A stretch of 64,000 bases of DNA from an uncultured delta proteobacterium (GTDB lineage Bacteria; Desulfobacterota; Syntrophobacteria; Syntrophobacterales; Syntrophobacteraceae). This document shows, piece by piece, positions 10,410 to 22,300 of this stretch. The notes under the pieces are model-generated. The model saw nothing but the letters and a program-made list of their open reading frames with translations, did no database searches and had not been told where the DNA came from. A program made the position numbers and the translations under genes. Position 1 is the first letter of the stretch; every line of letters begins with the position of its first letter. The stretch is taken from the NCBI GenBank assembly GCA_963808625.1, contig CAWEHK010000008.1:96001-160000 (forward strand). Direction: 5' to 3'.

Positions 10410-11567
10410 TCAAGGGATTGCGCTGCGCCATCGATAAAGCACGAAAGCCGCCAGGAGGGCGCCCCCTGCCACCAGAAAAAGGGGTTGGAAGCCGGCAAAC
10501 TGCCCGATAAAACCGAGGATGATCGAGCCGGCAAAAGCCCCGGCGTCAATACTGCCGGTGAAGACCCCCGTGATTTTTCCCCTGATTGCCGTGGGAGCGT
10601 CGCGGATCGCCAGGACATTGAGACCGGGATAAAGAAAACCGTGACCGCAGCCGGCCATCAGCCCGGCAGCAACCAGAATCAGGCTGCCATCGAGGAAGAC
10701 GAGGCTGGCGAGTCCCACACCGGTCAGAATCATGGCGTAAGGAATGATGCGATCCTCCCCCAGACGATCGACCAGTCTGGCTCCAAAAACCCGGGTCAGG
10801 ACCGCAGACCCGGAATAAGCAATGTAATAGACGGAAACGAACAGGATTTGCCGCTCGCTGGCAAAGGGTGAAACAAAGCCGTTGGACGCCGCCAGGCCAA
10901 AACCGAAAAGAGCTGCCAGCACTGCCACCAGCGATATTTTCCTGATTCTGAGCACGGCAAAAAACGAGGTGACGTTATTCGATGAATCATGGACCAGGGT
11001 TTCGCTGAGGGGAAGATGGATGACCAGCGCAATCGTTGCCATCAGCCCTGCGGTGATGAACAGCGTCTGGAAACCGAATTCGGCGATGACCAGTTCGGCA
11101 ATGACCGGCCCGACAGCCGTGCCGATCAGCCCCGAAACTCCAAAAATACCGAACCCCTCATTCAGCCGCCCTTCGGGGATCATATCGGAAATATACGTAA
11201 AAGCGGCGGTAAGACAAATGGCAAACCCCATCCCGTGGACAATTCGAACGCCCAGGAGGGGGAGATAGAAGGCGGTCAGGTCACCCTGGAAGGAGAGGTA
11301 GGCCAGCGGCAGCACGCTCATTTTCAGGCAACCCACGGTGTAGCTCTTCTTGCGCCCAAACCGGTCAATCATCTCTGAAATCCACGGGCGGCACACGACC
11401 GATGCCAGCGTGAACGCTCCCATGATCACCCCGATATCAACCTCATTCCCCCCATGGTTCAAAACGAATAATGGAAAGAGGAAGAACATGCTGAAACTTG
11501 AGAGGATGAGGAAATTGGCCAGGGCCATGGCGAAGAAAGAGCGACTGTACAACACTTGAAGGTTCAC
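10410..11567 (-). CDS. MFS transporter
   Basis: About 12 hydrophobic segments with MFS motif A variants (MIDRFGRKK, LVDRLGEDR). GTG start at 11567 is assumed. Confidence 0.9.
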   Translation of the reverse strand: MNLQVLYSRSFFAMALANFLILSSFSMFFLFPLFVLNHGGNEVDIGVIMGAFTLASVVCRPWISEMIDRFGRKKSYTVGCLKMSVLPLAYLSFQGDLTAFYLPLLGVRIVHGMGFAICLTAAFTYISDMIPEGRLNEGFGIFGVSGLIGTAVGPVIAELVIAEFGFQTLFITAGLMATIALVIHLPLSETLVHDSSNNVTSFFAVLRIRKISLVAVLAALFGFGLAASNGFVSPFASERQILFVSVYYIAYSGSAVLTRVFGARLVDRLGEDRIIPYAMILTGVGLASLVFLDGSLILVAAGLMAGCGHGFLYPGLNVLAIRDAPTAIRGKITGVFTGSIDAGAFAGSIILGFIGQFAGFQPLFLVAGGALLAAFVLYRWRSAIP

Positions 11568-11670
11568 AGCAGGTTCACGCACGTCAGGCCTCACCGGACA
11601 ATCCCCGATGATTCTTGCCCGGTGAAAATCGGGCACTGCTCACAAAATGGTCTCAAGAGAGCTCGGTGAT

Positions 11671-12321
11671 CTAGCTGTCAAGTGAAGTCAGTCCTTCCCT
11701 TATGGCGTACTTGATCAATTCCGCCACACTGTGGATATTCAGTTTACCCATGATCTGCTGCCGGTGCGTCTCGACCGTCTTGATACTCACGCAAAGGACC
11801 GCTGCGACTTCTTTGGTGCTCTTTCCCTCGGCAAGGAGCTGCAGCACTTCTCGCTCTCTCGGCGAAAGGGCGCTAAATTCGCCGTTGGCAGTCGCAAGGT
11901 GGTGAATGTAGCCTTCCATAACCGGTCCAGCCACAGCCGGGCTCAAGTAAGTTTGGTTCTTCAGGACGGCATGAACCGCCCTGGCGAGTTCTTCAAAAGC
12001 ACAATCCTTTAGCAGATATCCCGAGGCTCCAGCGCGGAACATCTGGACCACAAAGCGTCGGTCCGAGTGCATGGAAAGCGCGATTACCTTGACGCGGGGG
12101 AGCTCGGTAATGATCTGACGGGTCGCATCGATGCCGTTCAGGTCAGGCATGCCGATGTCCATGATCACCAGATCAGGCAGCAACTCGCGAGCCAGCTGCA
12201 CCGTCGCCCGGCCGTTGTCGGCTTCAGCGATGACGGACATCTCCGGCTGGTTTTCGAGCAGCGCCCGCAAACCGTCCCGGACAATCTTGTGGTCATCCGC
12301 CAGAAGGATTTTAATGGCCAT
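11671..12321 (-). CDS. NarL/LuxR-family DNA-binding response regulator
   Basis: LADDH, MDIGMP and GASGYLLK receiver motifs, plus an LSPREREVLQLLAEGKSTKEVA HTH. Confidence 0.95.
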   Translation of the reverse strand: MAIKILLADDHKIVRDGLRALLENQPEMSVIAEADNGRATVQLARELLPDLVIMDIGMPDLNGIDATRQIITELPRVKVIALSMHSDRRFVVQMFRAGASGYLLKDCAFEELARAVHAVLKNQTYLSPAVAGPVMEGYIHHLATANGEFSALSPREREVLQLLAEGKSTKEVAAVLCVSIKTVETHRQQIMGKLNIHSVAELIKYAIREGLTSLDS

Positions 12322-12562
12322 TCAGTTCACCGCCAGGTTTGACTCTAATAAAGTGCTCAGCCCACGCTGCTCGGTGCCGGGCGCAGACGCCGGTCTGCAA
12401 CATCCCAGGTTCGCACATGGCAGGCTCATTCCGGGAGGAACATGCTTAAAAGCTGCAGACTGCTTCGCCGTGCTTGGTTTCTTCAGGCCCTTAACTATAC
12501 TATGAGGCAACTTCTCGCAAGAGATTTGGGTGGCTGGTTGGCTGAGGTCGGCGTGATTCGGG

Positions 12563-12883
12563 TCACCTGCTTCTCTTAACCTCTTCTATCTTTGTCACTT
12601 CAAGCACCCGACCCTTTTCGGTACGAGTCATGGTACCGGTCACTTTCACTTTCTTGCCAACCCATGGGGAAAGGTCCCGGCCAATAATACGGTAAGTAGT
12701 CCTGCCGCTCTGGATGACAAATTGAGAATCTATCTGCTTGAGTATTCCCAGGCGGATGGTTGTTGCTTTGGCTTTGGACTTGGACTGATCGGCGAATGTC
12801 GAATTGACATCGGTCATGGGGATTAGCAGCCCAACAAAAAGAGCCAAGACAAACGATGCCACAATCCTTTTCCCGCTTCTCAC
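12563..12883 (-). CDS. Small secreted OB-fold-like protein (DUF5818-like)
   Basis: Signal peptide, then ...LSPWVGKKVKVTGT...LEVTKIEE. GTG start with a GGGAG RBS. Confidence 0.55.
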   Translation of the reverse strand: MRSGKRIVASFVLALFVGLLIPMTDVNSTFADQSKSKAKATTIRLGILKQIDSQFVIQSGRTTYRIIGRDLSPWVGKKVKVTGTMTRTEKGRVLEVTKIEEVKRSR

Positions 12884-13008
12884 AATTATCTCCCTTCCAG
12901 GCGATTTCATGAGCTCTGTCCCCCAGCTCCTTCGAAACACTCGCAACCATGAAAGGCAATCTTGCGCCTCGTACAGCTCCACAGAATAAAGCAGCCATAA
13001 GCCAAAAC

Positions 13009-13088
13009 CGTCATTCCCGCATGCTTTTGGCGGGAATCCATGTGCTTTTGGACACCCTCACCCCTGCCAAAAACATGCGGGAGTGACG
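13009..13088. repeat. GTCATTCCCG...GGGAATCC palindromic element, copy 1 of 3
   Basis: CGTCATTCCCGCATGCTTTTGGC pairs with GCCAAAAACATGCGGGAGTGACG, and there is an internal ATTCCCG/CGGGAAT hairpin. Confidence 0.85.
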
Positions 13089-13204
13089 ACGTGCGTCAGC
13101 GACTCAGGCTTAAGTACCTGAAAGTAAGCATCGCTCAGCTTCCGAATCCTCTGGTACACGAGGTGAATGCTCGCGAACATCAGGAAATACCTGAATGCAA
13201 GGGG

Positions 13205-15391
13205 CTATTTTCCTGATTCAGGGCGGGAAATACCCTGATCGCCGGGACCTCTCAGGGGGGCGATGAGCGTAATCCGGGTACCCTTTCCAGGCTGCGAGTC
13301 AACGTTGAGAGAGCCGCCAACGTATTTCAAACGTTCCCTGATGCTGAAGAGGCCAAAACCCTGATTCTTGCCCCACCATGAGGACATCTGCGCCGGCTCG
13401 AACCCGATGCCGTCATCCTCAACAACCACCAGGATCTTGTCGCCATCGCGTTTGGTCGAAATCTCCACATGCCTGGCCCGAGCGTGTTTGACGACGTTGA
13501 CCAGGAGTTCGTTGGCGGCTTGAAACAGCAGCACACGGATGTCGTCATCGAGGAGCTTGGGATGTCCGTCATCCCGGTAGCGGGACGACAGGGAATGCTG
13601 CTTTTCCATCTTTTCGGCAAGCCATTCGAGGGCAGCCTCCAGACCGAGTTCATAGAGAAGGGGAGAGCTGATCTCAAAAATCAGGGACCGTGTTTCCTGA
13701 ATCGCCTGTTCGAGGAGATGGCGTATGTCGTCAATACACTGGTCCTGACCCGCCGCTGACAGCGTCTCCTTGAGCACACCCAACTTCACTTTCGAAACCG
13801 CCAGCGTCTGGCCAACCCGGTCGTGCAAATCCGTCGCAATGCGCCGCCGTTCTCGTTCTTCGGCCAGAGATAAGGAGGAAGCCAATGAGCGGAGCTGTTC
13901 CTGATAGCCAAGCAACTGAACCTGAGCCTGTTTCTGTTCCGTGACGTCCCTCATCACCCCATGCAGAGATCGCCTGCCGCCTCCCTCTTCGTGCACCATC
14001 AGCGCCTCGTCATGGATGTGGAGCATGCGGCCATCGCTGGAAAAAATACGGTACTCAGCCTGAAATCCACCGGCCCCTCGGTCGGGACCGCTCTTGAGAA
14101 ACCCATCGAGTGCCCGCAGACGATCTTCGGGATGGATCTGTCTTAGCCAGAGCAGCGGGTCGGCGATCCATGCTTCGGGCGAGAAACCGAGAATGGATTG
14201 GACTTGGGGGCTGATATAGAGGGTGCTCCTCGCCTCATCGGGCCTGGCAATGTAGGCGATTACGGGAAGTTGTTCTACGAGGGTGCGGTATTTGGTCTCT
14301 GCCTGAGACAGTTGCGTGGCCTGCTGTTCCAAGGCTTCGGCCATCTCGTCAAAGGTGCGGGCCAGTTGGTCCAACTCACCCGCGCCCGCGTTCAGGCCCG
14401 TTCGCGCCTTCATGTCACCGCTTGACAGGCGCCTGGCAGCATTCACCAGGGCCCTCACCCGGCGCAAAATGAGGACATCGCCCCCGAACCAGACGGCCAG
14501 CAGCGCCAGGACCGTGATCAGAGCCAGGCCTGCCAGGTGCCGCGCCAGGGTCAGGTTCGCCTCACTGTAGGCAATGGTGGTAGGAATTCCAATACCAACG
14601 TAAAGGCCCGTTTCCACAGTGCTCCGCAGCGGTGTGAAGGCGTAGAGGCGCTCCCGCCCATCAAGCCCCGGAAGCTCGACGATATCCTGGCCTTTGTTCA
14701 GGATCGTGCTGACCAGGGGCGGTTCCCGCAGGGTTTTTCCAACCCATTTCTCCGGATCGGGCAGATAGGCCAGAACGTTTCCTTTGGTGTCAATCATGAT
14801 GAATTCGGTTTCGTCGGGCATCTGGACTTCGCCGGTGAGCTGGTTGAGCTGCTCCAAATCCAGGGCCGCAAAGGCTACTGCGCCAATCTTTCCCGATCCA
14901 TCCATCACCGGATAGCTCAGGTTGAGTGCCGCCCTGCCCGCGGTATACTCGTCATGACCCGCAGCGATCACGAGAGCGCGACTTTCGATGGTCTGTTGAA
15001 ACCATGGCAGATCTTTGAAGCTCGCCGACTCTGGTATGGGCGAAGCAAGACAAATGGGCTCACCGTCCAGACGAACCACACCCATGTTGGCATATCGCGA
15101 ATATTCCCTGAACATTTCGGCAAAATGCCGGCTGCAAAGGAGAGGGTCCTGGTCCTGGACACCGGGATGCCTGGCCAAAGCTACCAGGAGCTGTCTGGTC
15201 CCTTCGATCAGCTGTTCCTGAAATGCTGAAGCAGACCCGGCAAACTGCTGCACGTCTCCTTCCACCATGGAGATCGCGAAATTCCTCTCTTCCATGTAGC
15301 TGTAGAGCGTCAACCCGAACATCGGCAGGATGGCAAGGACGATCAAAAGGCCTAAGCGGACGCGCAGGCTCGACAATCTCATATATCTCAT
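13205..15391 (-). CDS. Sensor histidine kinase (Cache-HAMP-PAS-HisKA_3-HATPase)
   Basis: Two TM helices around a periplasmic domain, HAMP (ELDQLARTFDEMA), PAS (IHPEDR), H-box ERRRIATDLHD, and DDGIGF / GFGLFSIRER. Confidence 0.95.
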   Translation of the reverse strand: MRYMRLSSLRVRLGLLIVLAILPMFGLTLYSYMEERNFAISMVEGDVQQFAGSASAFQEQLIEGTRQLLVALARHPGVQDQDPLLCSRHFAEMFREYSRYANMGVVRLDGEPICLASPIPESASFKDLPWFQQTIESRALVIAAGHDEYTAGRAALNLSYPVMDGSGKIGAVAFAALDLEQLNQLTGEVQMPDETEFIMIDTKGNVLAYLPDPEKWVGKTLREPPLVSTILNKGQDIVELPGLDGRERLYAFTPLRSTVETGLYVGIGIPTTIAYSEANLTLARHLAGLALITVLALLAVWFGGDVLILRRVRALVNAARRLSSGDMKARTGLNAGAGELDQLARTFDEMAEALEQQATQLSQAETKYRTLVEQLPVIAYIARPDEARSTLYISPQVQSILGFSPEAWIADPLLWLRQIHPEDRLRALDGFLKSGPDRGAGGFQAEYRIFSSDGRMLHIHDEALMVHEEGGGRRSLHGVMRDVTEQKQAQVQLLGYQEQLRSLASSLSLAEERERRRIATDLHDRVGQTLAVSKVKLGVLKETLSAAGQDQCIDDIRHLLEQAIQETRSLIFEISSPLLYELGLEAALEWLAEKMEKQHSLSSRYRDDGHPKLLDDDIRVLLFQAANELLVNVVKHARARHVEISTKRDGDKILVVVEDDGIGFEPAQMSSWWGKNQGFGLFSIRERLKYVGGSLNVDSQPGKGTRITLIAPLRGPGDQGISRPESGK

Positions 15392-15575
15392 AATCCTCCT
15401 CTCTTCTCTTCACTCCCCCCGCGCCGCCCTCTCAGAGCCGCCATTCATTTCAGGTTTTGAATTAAAGGGATGAATTGGAGTATAGTGCATCGTTTCCAAA
15501 AGTGCCAGATGGCCGCCGAGACGGCCAGACTCGCTGACAATTTTTACCGCCAGGTCAAGGAAGGGAGAAGAGCAG

Positions 15576-16151
15576 ATGAAGGTCATCGCCTTTAACGGCA
15601 GCGCCCGCAAAGACGGCAACACCGCGGTCCTCATCCGAACGGTTTTCAATGAGCTGGAAAAGGAAGGGATTGAAACCGAGCTTTTCCAGTTCGCCGGGAA
15701 AAAGATTCAGGGCTGCATAGCCTGCTTCAAATGCTTCCAGAATAAGGACCGGCGGTGTTCCCAAAAGAAGGATGTGGTGAATGAATGCATCGAAAAGATG
15801 ATGGAGGCGGAAGGGATTATCCTCGGATCGCCCACCTACTTCGCGGACGTTTCCTCAGAGCTGAAAGCCCTGATCGATCGCGCCGGGCTGGTGGCCAAAG
15901 CGAACGCTGACATGTTCCGGCGCAAAGTCGGCGCCGCGGTCGTGGCGGTGCGCCGCGGCGGTGCCATCCACGCCTTCGATTCCATCAACCACTTCTTCTT
16001 CATTGGTCAGATGATCGTGCCGGGCTCAAGCTATTGGAACATGGGAATCGGCCTGGATAAAGGCGCGGTTGAACAGGACGCCGAAGGCCTGCAGACCATG
16101 CAGATCCTCGGCCAGAATATGGCCTGGCTGCTCAAGAAAATTCACGCGTAG
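15576..16151 (+). CDS. Iron-sulfur flavoprotein / multimeric flavodoxin (WrbA family)
   Basis: GSARKDGNT, the compact Cys motif CIACFKC-x7-C, GSPTYF and RRGGA. Confidence 0.9.
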   Translation: MKVIAFNGSARKDGNTAVLIRTVFNELEKEGIETELFQFAGKKIQGCIACFKCFQNKDRRCSQKKDVVNECIEKMMEAEGIILGSPTYFADVSSELKALIDRAGLVAKANADMFRRKVGAAVVAVRRGGAIHAFDSINHFFFIGQMIVPGSSYWNMGIGLDKGAVEQDAEGLQTMQILGQNMAWLLKKIHA

Positions 16152-16330
16152 GCACCAGTTCGCCCCCGACCGCACACGGTGCTCAAAACCACGCCGCATG
16201 CGCAGTCGTTCGCATGCCTTCGTGGGAGAAACCGCACCGTTGTCGGTGAGAACCGCCGGTGCTAAGACATTCGTATGCCCTCGTCGGAGAAACAAGTTGA
16301 GAATGAGTGCAGCGGTTTTTGAAGTGACTC

Positions 16331-19300
16331 TTAATCATTGTCAGCAATCGTGACCACCGCACTGGCCGTCGATCCCACGATGTACGTTGTGGTGTCGGAC
16401 AGTTTGATGATAACGGTTTCTGCTCCCTCAGTGACGGCGTCATCAATGGGGGTAATGAAGACATTTACGGAAGCGGCTCCGGCGGCGATGGTGGCCGCTG
16501 CAGTCCGTTTCACGTAGTCTACACCGTTGGTCGCCGTACCTCCGAGTGTGTATTCGATCCTGAGAGCCAGATCCAGTAGCACCCGTTCGGGTAATGGTGA
16601 ACTTACCGGCTTTGGGACCCGTTTCCGAGGCCTTGGGGATCGCTGCCTTGACGGTTACGGTCGGAAGGTTGTTGCCCAGAATGGTAACCGTCTTACTGCT
16701 GCCTGCCCCGATCCGGTAGGCGCTATCCTCGTCAAGGGCAAGAACGACGGTCTTGTTGTCCAGCCTTTCCGTGTTTGCCAGAGCGGTTATCACGATATCG
16801 ACAGTGGATGATCCCTTGGGAATCACCGCGGTGCCGGAGAGTGGCGTATAATCGAGGCCGGATTGGGCCGTACCGCTGTCGGAGCTGTACCGAACCGTCA
16901 GCGCGGTACTGGTGGCTCCGTCCCGTTTGATCCTGATCCTTCCCGTATTATCCGGCGCTGCGGCAATGGCATCCGGAACGGACATCGTTACCACCGGTAA
17001 GTCATCATCCTTGATCGCTATCGTAGCATTATCGGGCGAACCCAGTTTGTACTGGCTGCTGCTCTGGAGCGTAGCCCTGACCGTCCGGCTCCCCTTGTAG
17101 GTCCCGTCATCGATGGGTATCACCTCGATGCTTGCCGAAGATGAGCCCGCCTCGATCGCTACGGAACCGGAAAGGGTCTGATAATCGGTACCGTTTTTCG
17201 CCGTTCCACCGAGCGCATAATTGGCGGTGAGGGGTGGAGAGGTTGTCCCCATGCGCGTGACAATGAATTGCCCGGTGGTAGTGCCCGCCTCAGTAATGCT
17301 GGCAGTGCTGGATTTGATCGTAAGAACAGGCAAATCATTGTCGACAATGGTAACCCTGGCAATGTTCGACTCACCAATACTATACGCGGCGGCATTGGGA
17401 GTAAGCGTGAGCTCCACCGTCTCATCATTTTCGGTTTCACTGTCGTCGATGGCTGTCACCTTGATCAGTTGCCGAAGATGCTCCGATCGGGATAGTCACG
17501 GACCCGAGAAGGGTTTTGTAATCCTTACCGGCTGTTGCCGTGCCCCCGATGCTGTACTTGACAATGAGCGCGGCTTTGGTGATCCCCGTCCGGGAGACCG
17601 TGAAGGTGGCCGTGTCCGTGCCGGGTTCGGAAGCCGTATCGTCTGTTGCAGCAACGGTAACCGTAGGCAAGTCATTATCGCCAATAACGATGGTGGCACT
17701 CTTTGCCGTTCCCAAGGTATACGCAGTGTCAGGGGAAAGCGTGATGATAACGCTTTCATCCCCTTCGTACTCGGCATCGTCGATCGGATTCACATCGATC
17801 GTGATCGATGCCTGGCCTGCAGGGATAGTTATCGTTCCGGGCAAGACCTCATAATCAATCTCATTGGTTGCGGTACCGGTTACCGTGTATGCTACGATCA
17901 AATCCGAATGGGTATTGCCTGCTCGCGAGACCCTGAACTGTCCCACCGTTCCCGGTTCAGCGGCGTTACGGCCGAGATAAACGGATACCACCGGGTATTC
18001 GTCATCTACAATGATGACAGCCGCCTCATTTGGTGATCCAACGTAATAGGATGCACTCTCTGCAAGAGTCAAGACAACCGATTTGTCGGCATCCACGGTT
18101 TTATTGTCCAATGGCACGACCGGAACATCCACGGAAGATGCATCGGCCGGGATAATCACAGTCCCGGAGAGAGCCACGTAATTCGAACCGGGAACTGCGG
18201 TGCCGCTCATGCCATACTTCACGGTCAGCGGCGCACCGGTTTCTCCAGTCCGGAAAATGGTGAAGGTGCCCGTATCGGTTCCAGGCTCGGAAGCGAAATC
18301 ATCCGTTGCAACGACACTGACCTTTGGCCATTCGTCGTCGCGAATGCTGATGGCAGCATTGCCGGGAGGTGCGATATTGATGAAGGAATCAGGCGTCAGG
18401 TTCAGGATCACCGTTCTGGTTCCTTTCGCCAATTGATCATTGATGGGAGCAACTGGAATATCTATGGAAGCAGCGCCCGTTGGTAGGGTTACTGTGCCGT
18501 TGAGCGTTGCGTCATAGTCGACACCAGTGACGGCCGTACCGGTAACGCTGTAAGCCACCGTTAACGGCAAGGCCGTACTCCCCAGGCGACTGATCGTGAA
18601 AACACCGACATCGGTGCCGTTTTCATCGATGATACTTGGCAAGGCCGAGATGCTGATCGTGGGAAGATCATTATCATGAATGGTGACTGTTCCACTGCCA
18701 GGTGAACCGACCGTGTAGAGGCTGTTTGCCGAGATCGCCACTTTAACCGTTTCATCCCCTTCATATATGCTGTCATCGTAGGGTACGACGTTGATCTTTG
18801 CCGATGCGGAACCGGCGGAGATGGTCACGCTACCGTTAAGTTTCTGATATCTCACCCCGTTACTGGCTGAACCGCCGATTGCATAACGCACAAGCAATGA
18901 CCCACTGGTCGTGCCGTTTCGGAAAATCGTGAAGGTCCCGTTCTTGGGGCCGGTCTCAGAGGCATTATCATCGGTTGCTTCAATCGTAATGGTTGGCAAA
19001 TCATTATCGTTAATGAGTATACTGGCACTGTATGGGGCACCGACTTTGTACCAATCGTTGGGCAGAATGGTCAGGAGAACGGTTTCTCGATCTTCAGGCA
19101 GAGCATCATCGATAGGCGTAATTTGAATGAGCGCTGAAGATGAACCGCTCGGGATCGTCACACTGCCGGAAAGCAAGTTGTAATCATCGCCATTGGCAGC
19201 GGTCCCGGTTGCCTTGTAGTATACGGTCAGCGGGCCGGTGATGTCTCCCACCCGGGAGACCTTAAATTCGCCAGGGTCCGAGTCGGTCTCGGACGCTCGG

Positions 19301-22300
19301 TTGTCAGTGTAGACGATAGTCACCGTGGGCAGGTCGTCATCCGTAATGGTGACGGTGGCGCTGCTGGACGAACCGATGGTATAAGACTCACTTGGCGAAA
19401 TCGTGAGGACGACCGTCTCCGGGCCCTCCAGTTTCATGTCATCGATGGGTTTGACCAGGATGTCTGCGGAAGAGGCACCGGCGGCGATGGTCACCGTCCC
19501 GGAAAGCGTGGCATAATCGGTACCGTTCGTCGCCGTACCACCAATGCTGTAGGAGATGGTCAGCAACGCGGTCGTGACTCCCGTTCGAGAGACAGTAAAC
19601 TGGCCCTGGTCTGCTGGTTCAGCGGCCTTGGGGTCACTGGCGGTGATCGTGACTACCGAACGATCATCATCAGCAATGGTTACGGTCGCTGTGTTTTGCG
19701 CGCCGATCTTGTAGGCGGCATCAGCGGAAAGGGTAAAAATAACTATTTCCTGGCCCTCATATTCTTCGTCCTGAAGCGGAGTGATCACGACATTGAAACT
19801 GGAAGAACCAGCGGGAATCGTCACCGGGCTGGTTATCAGCGAATAATCGGTCCCATTCGTTGCGGTCCCGCTGAGAGCGTAGCCCACAGCTAATGGCTTT
19901 GTCGTGCTTCCCGAACGATACACCGTGAGCAGGCCTGTGTCAGGCCCCTTTTCAGAGGCGTTAGGATCGGTTGCGATAATCGTCACGATCGGACGCGTGT
20001 CGTCGGCAATGGTAACCGTAGCGCTCGCGGGAGTTCCCGCATTGTACGCAGCAGTGCCGAAAACACTAAGGACAACCGTTTCATCTCCCTCCAGAAGATC
20101 ATCATCGATCGGCGTCAGACTGACAGTTGCCGAAGGTGAGCCGGCCGGGATGACAAGAGACCCTGGAAGGGCGATATAATCGGTCCCGCTTGTTGCGGTA
20201 CCACTGAGAGTGTAGGTTACGGTCAATGCGGAGGTCGTAATTCCGCTTCGAGAGACCGTGAATTCCCCTGAATTTGGTCCCATTTCAGAAGCACTGGGAT
20301 TGGTAGCAGCAATCGTCACCACAGGCAGATCATTGTCTTTGATCGTGACCGTTGCGCTGCTGGCTGACCCCGTTTGATATGAGGGGTTACTCACCAGACT
20401 TAGTATTACCGTCTCGTCCCCCTCATATTCCATGTCTTCGATTGGCTGCACCGTGACCGTTACCGAGGAAAAACCGGCAGGAATAGTGACGGGACTGAGG
20501 GAAGCACTATAATCGACGCCATTAGTCGCCGTACCGCTGAAGGAAAAATAAACCGTGAGCGGTGAACTGGTCGACCCGGTACGAGAGAGCGTAAATTGGC
20601 CGATATCGGGGCTCGTTTCTGAGGCGTTCGCATCGTTTGCGGCAACGCTCACGACAGGCAGATCGTTGTCAGTAATGGTGACGGTTGCGGTGCCTGGCGA
20701 ACCAATATTGTACAGACTACTGGCCGCAAGGCTGAGAATAACCGTCTCATTACCATCAAACACCGTGTCATCAACAGGCGTTACCGTGATCACTGCCGCA
20801 GAGGCACCAGTCGCAATGGTTACACTGCCCGAAAGGAGCGAATAGTCAGCACCATTGGTGGCTGTGCCGCTTACGGTGTAGTTCACCACCAAGGTAGAAC
20901 TGGTAATGCCGCTACGGGTGAGTTGAAATTCCCCCTTTTGCGCTCCCGATTCCGAGATGATGGGCTTGGTCGCCGCTACTGTGACGGTTGGCAGGTCATT
21001 GTCGGTAATGGTAACGGTTGCACTGGCGGGAGAACCTACGGTGTAAGAGGGGCTTGGCGAGAGGGTCAGCACCACCGTTTCCGCCCCCTCATATTCGTCA
21101 TCATCAACGGGTGTCACGGTAATTACCGTAGAAGATGCACCAGCCGGTATCGTGACCGAACCTGGAAGTCTCGCACAGTCAGTGCCATTGGTGGCAGTGC
21201 CACTGATGGCATAATTCACGGTGAGTGGATTCGCGGTGTTCTCTGTCCGGTAGATGGTAAATCGACCGGGATCCCGCTCGGATTCATAAGCGGTGGAGTC
21301 GGTAGCTGCTATCGTTACCACCGGCAAATCGTTGTCCACAATGGTAATGGTGGCACTGCCGAAGGGACCGACGGTGTATGAGGCATCCGAGGCAAGGGTA
21401 AAGACAACGGTTTCATCCCCCTCGTATTGCGTGTCATTCATGGGGGTTACAAAAATGTTGGCAGTCGCGGTCCCGGCCGGAATGGTCAAGGTGCCCGAGA
21501 GCAGTCCGTAATCGACGCCGTTCGTGGCGTTACCACCAACGGTATAATTCACCGTCAGTGCCAAATTGGTTGGACCGCTACGGGAGATGGCAAACTGAGC
21601 CGATCCCGGGCCTGCTTCGGGAACACTGGCAACGATTGCGGTAACATTCACGGTAGGCAAGTCGTCGTCGACAATGGTGGCGGTCGCACTCACTGCGGAG
21701 CCGAGCGTGTAGGGAGCTCCGGAAGAAAGTGTCACGATGACGGTCTCGTCTCCTTCACATTGCAGATCATCGACGGGTACAATCGAAATGTCAGCAAGAG
21801 CAGCGCCTGCAGGGATCGTAATCGTGCCCGGAAGCAATCCATAATCGACGCCATTTGTGGCGGTGCCACCAACGGTATAGTTTACCGTCAGGTCCGAGGT
21901 GGTAATTCCGGTGCGTGAGACGGTCAGTCGAGCTGATCCCGGGTTTTTTTCCGGGACCGTCGCGGCCGACGTGGCAATCGTCACGGTAGGCAAATCGTTG
22001 TCGACAATTAACGCAGAAGCAGCGATTGCACCGCCAAGGTTATACGAAGAAGAGGATTTGAGCGTCAAGACGACCCACTCGTAGCCCTCATATTCAGAAT
22101 CATCGATAGGCTGTACCAGGATCACGGCCGAAGATGCGGCAGCGGGAATGGTCACCGAACCGGTGAGTGTCTGGTAATCTGTGCTGTTGGTGGCGGTCCC
22201 GCCGATCGTGTAGTCGATGATCAAGGGAGAAGTGGTTATCCCCGTGCGGGAAACGAGGAATTGAGCCGACCCCGAGCTCTGTTCAGGAACACTCGGAACC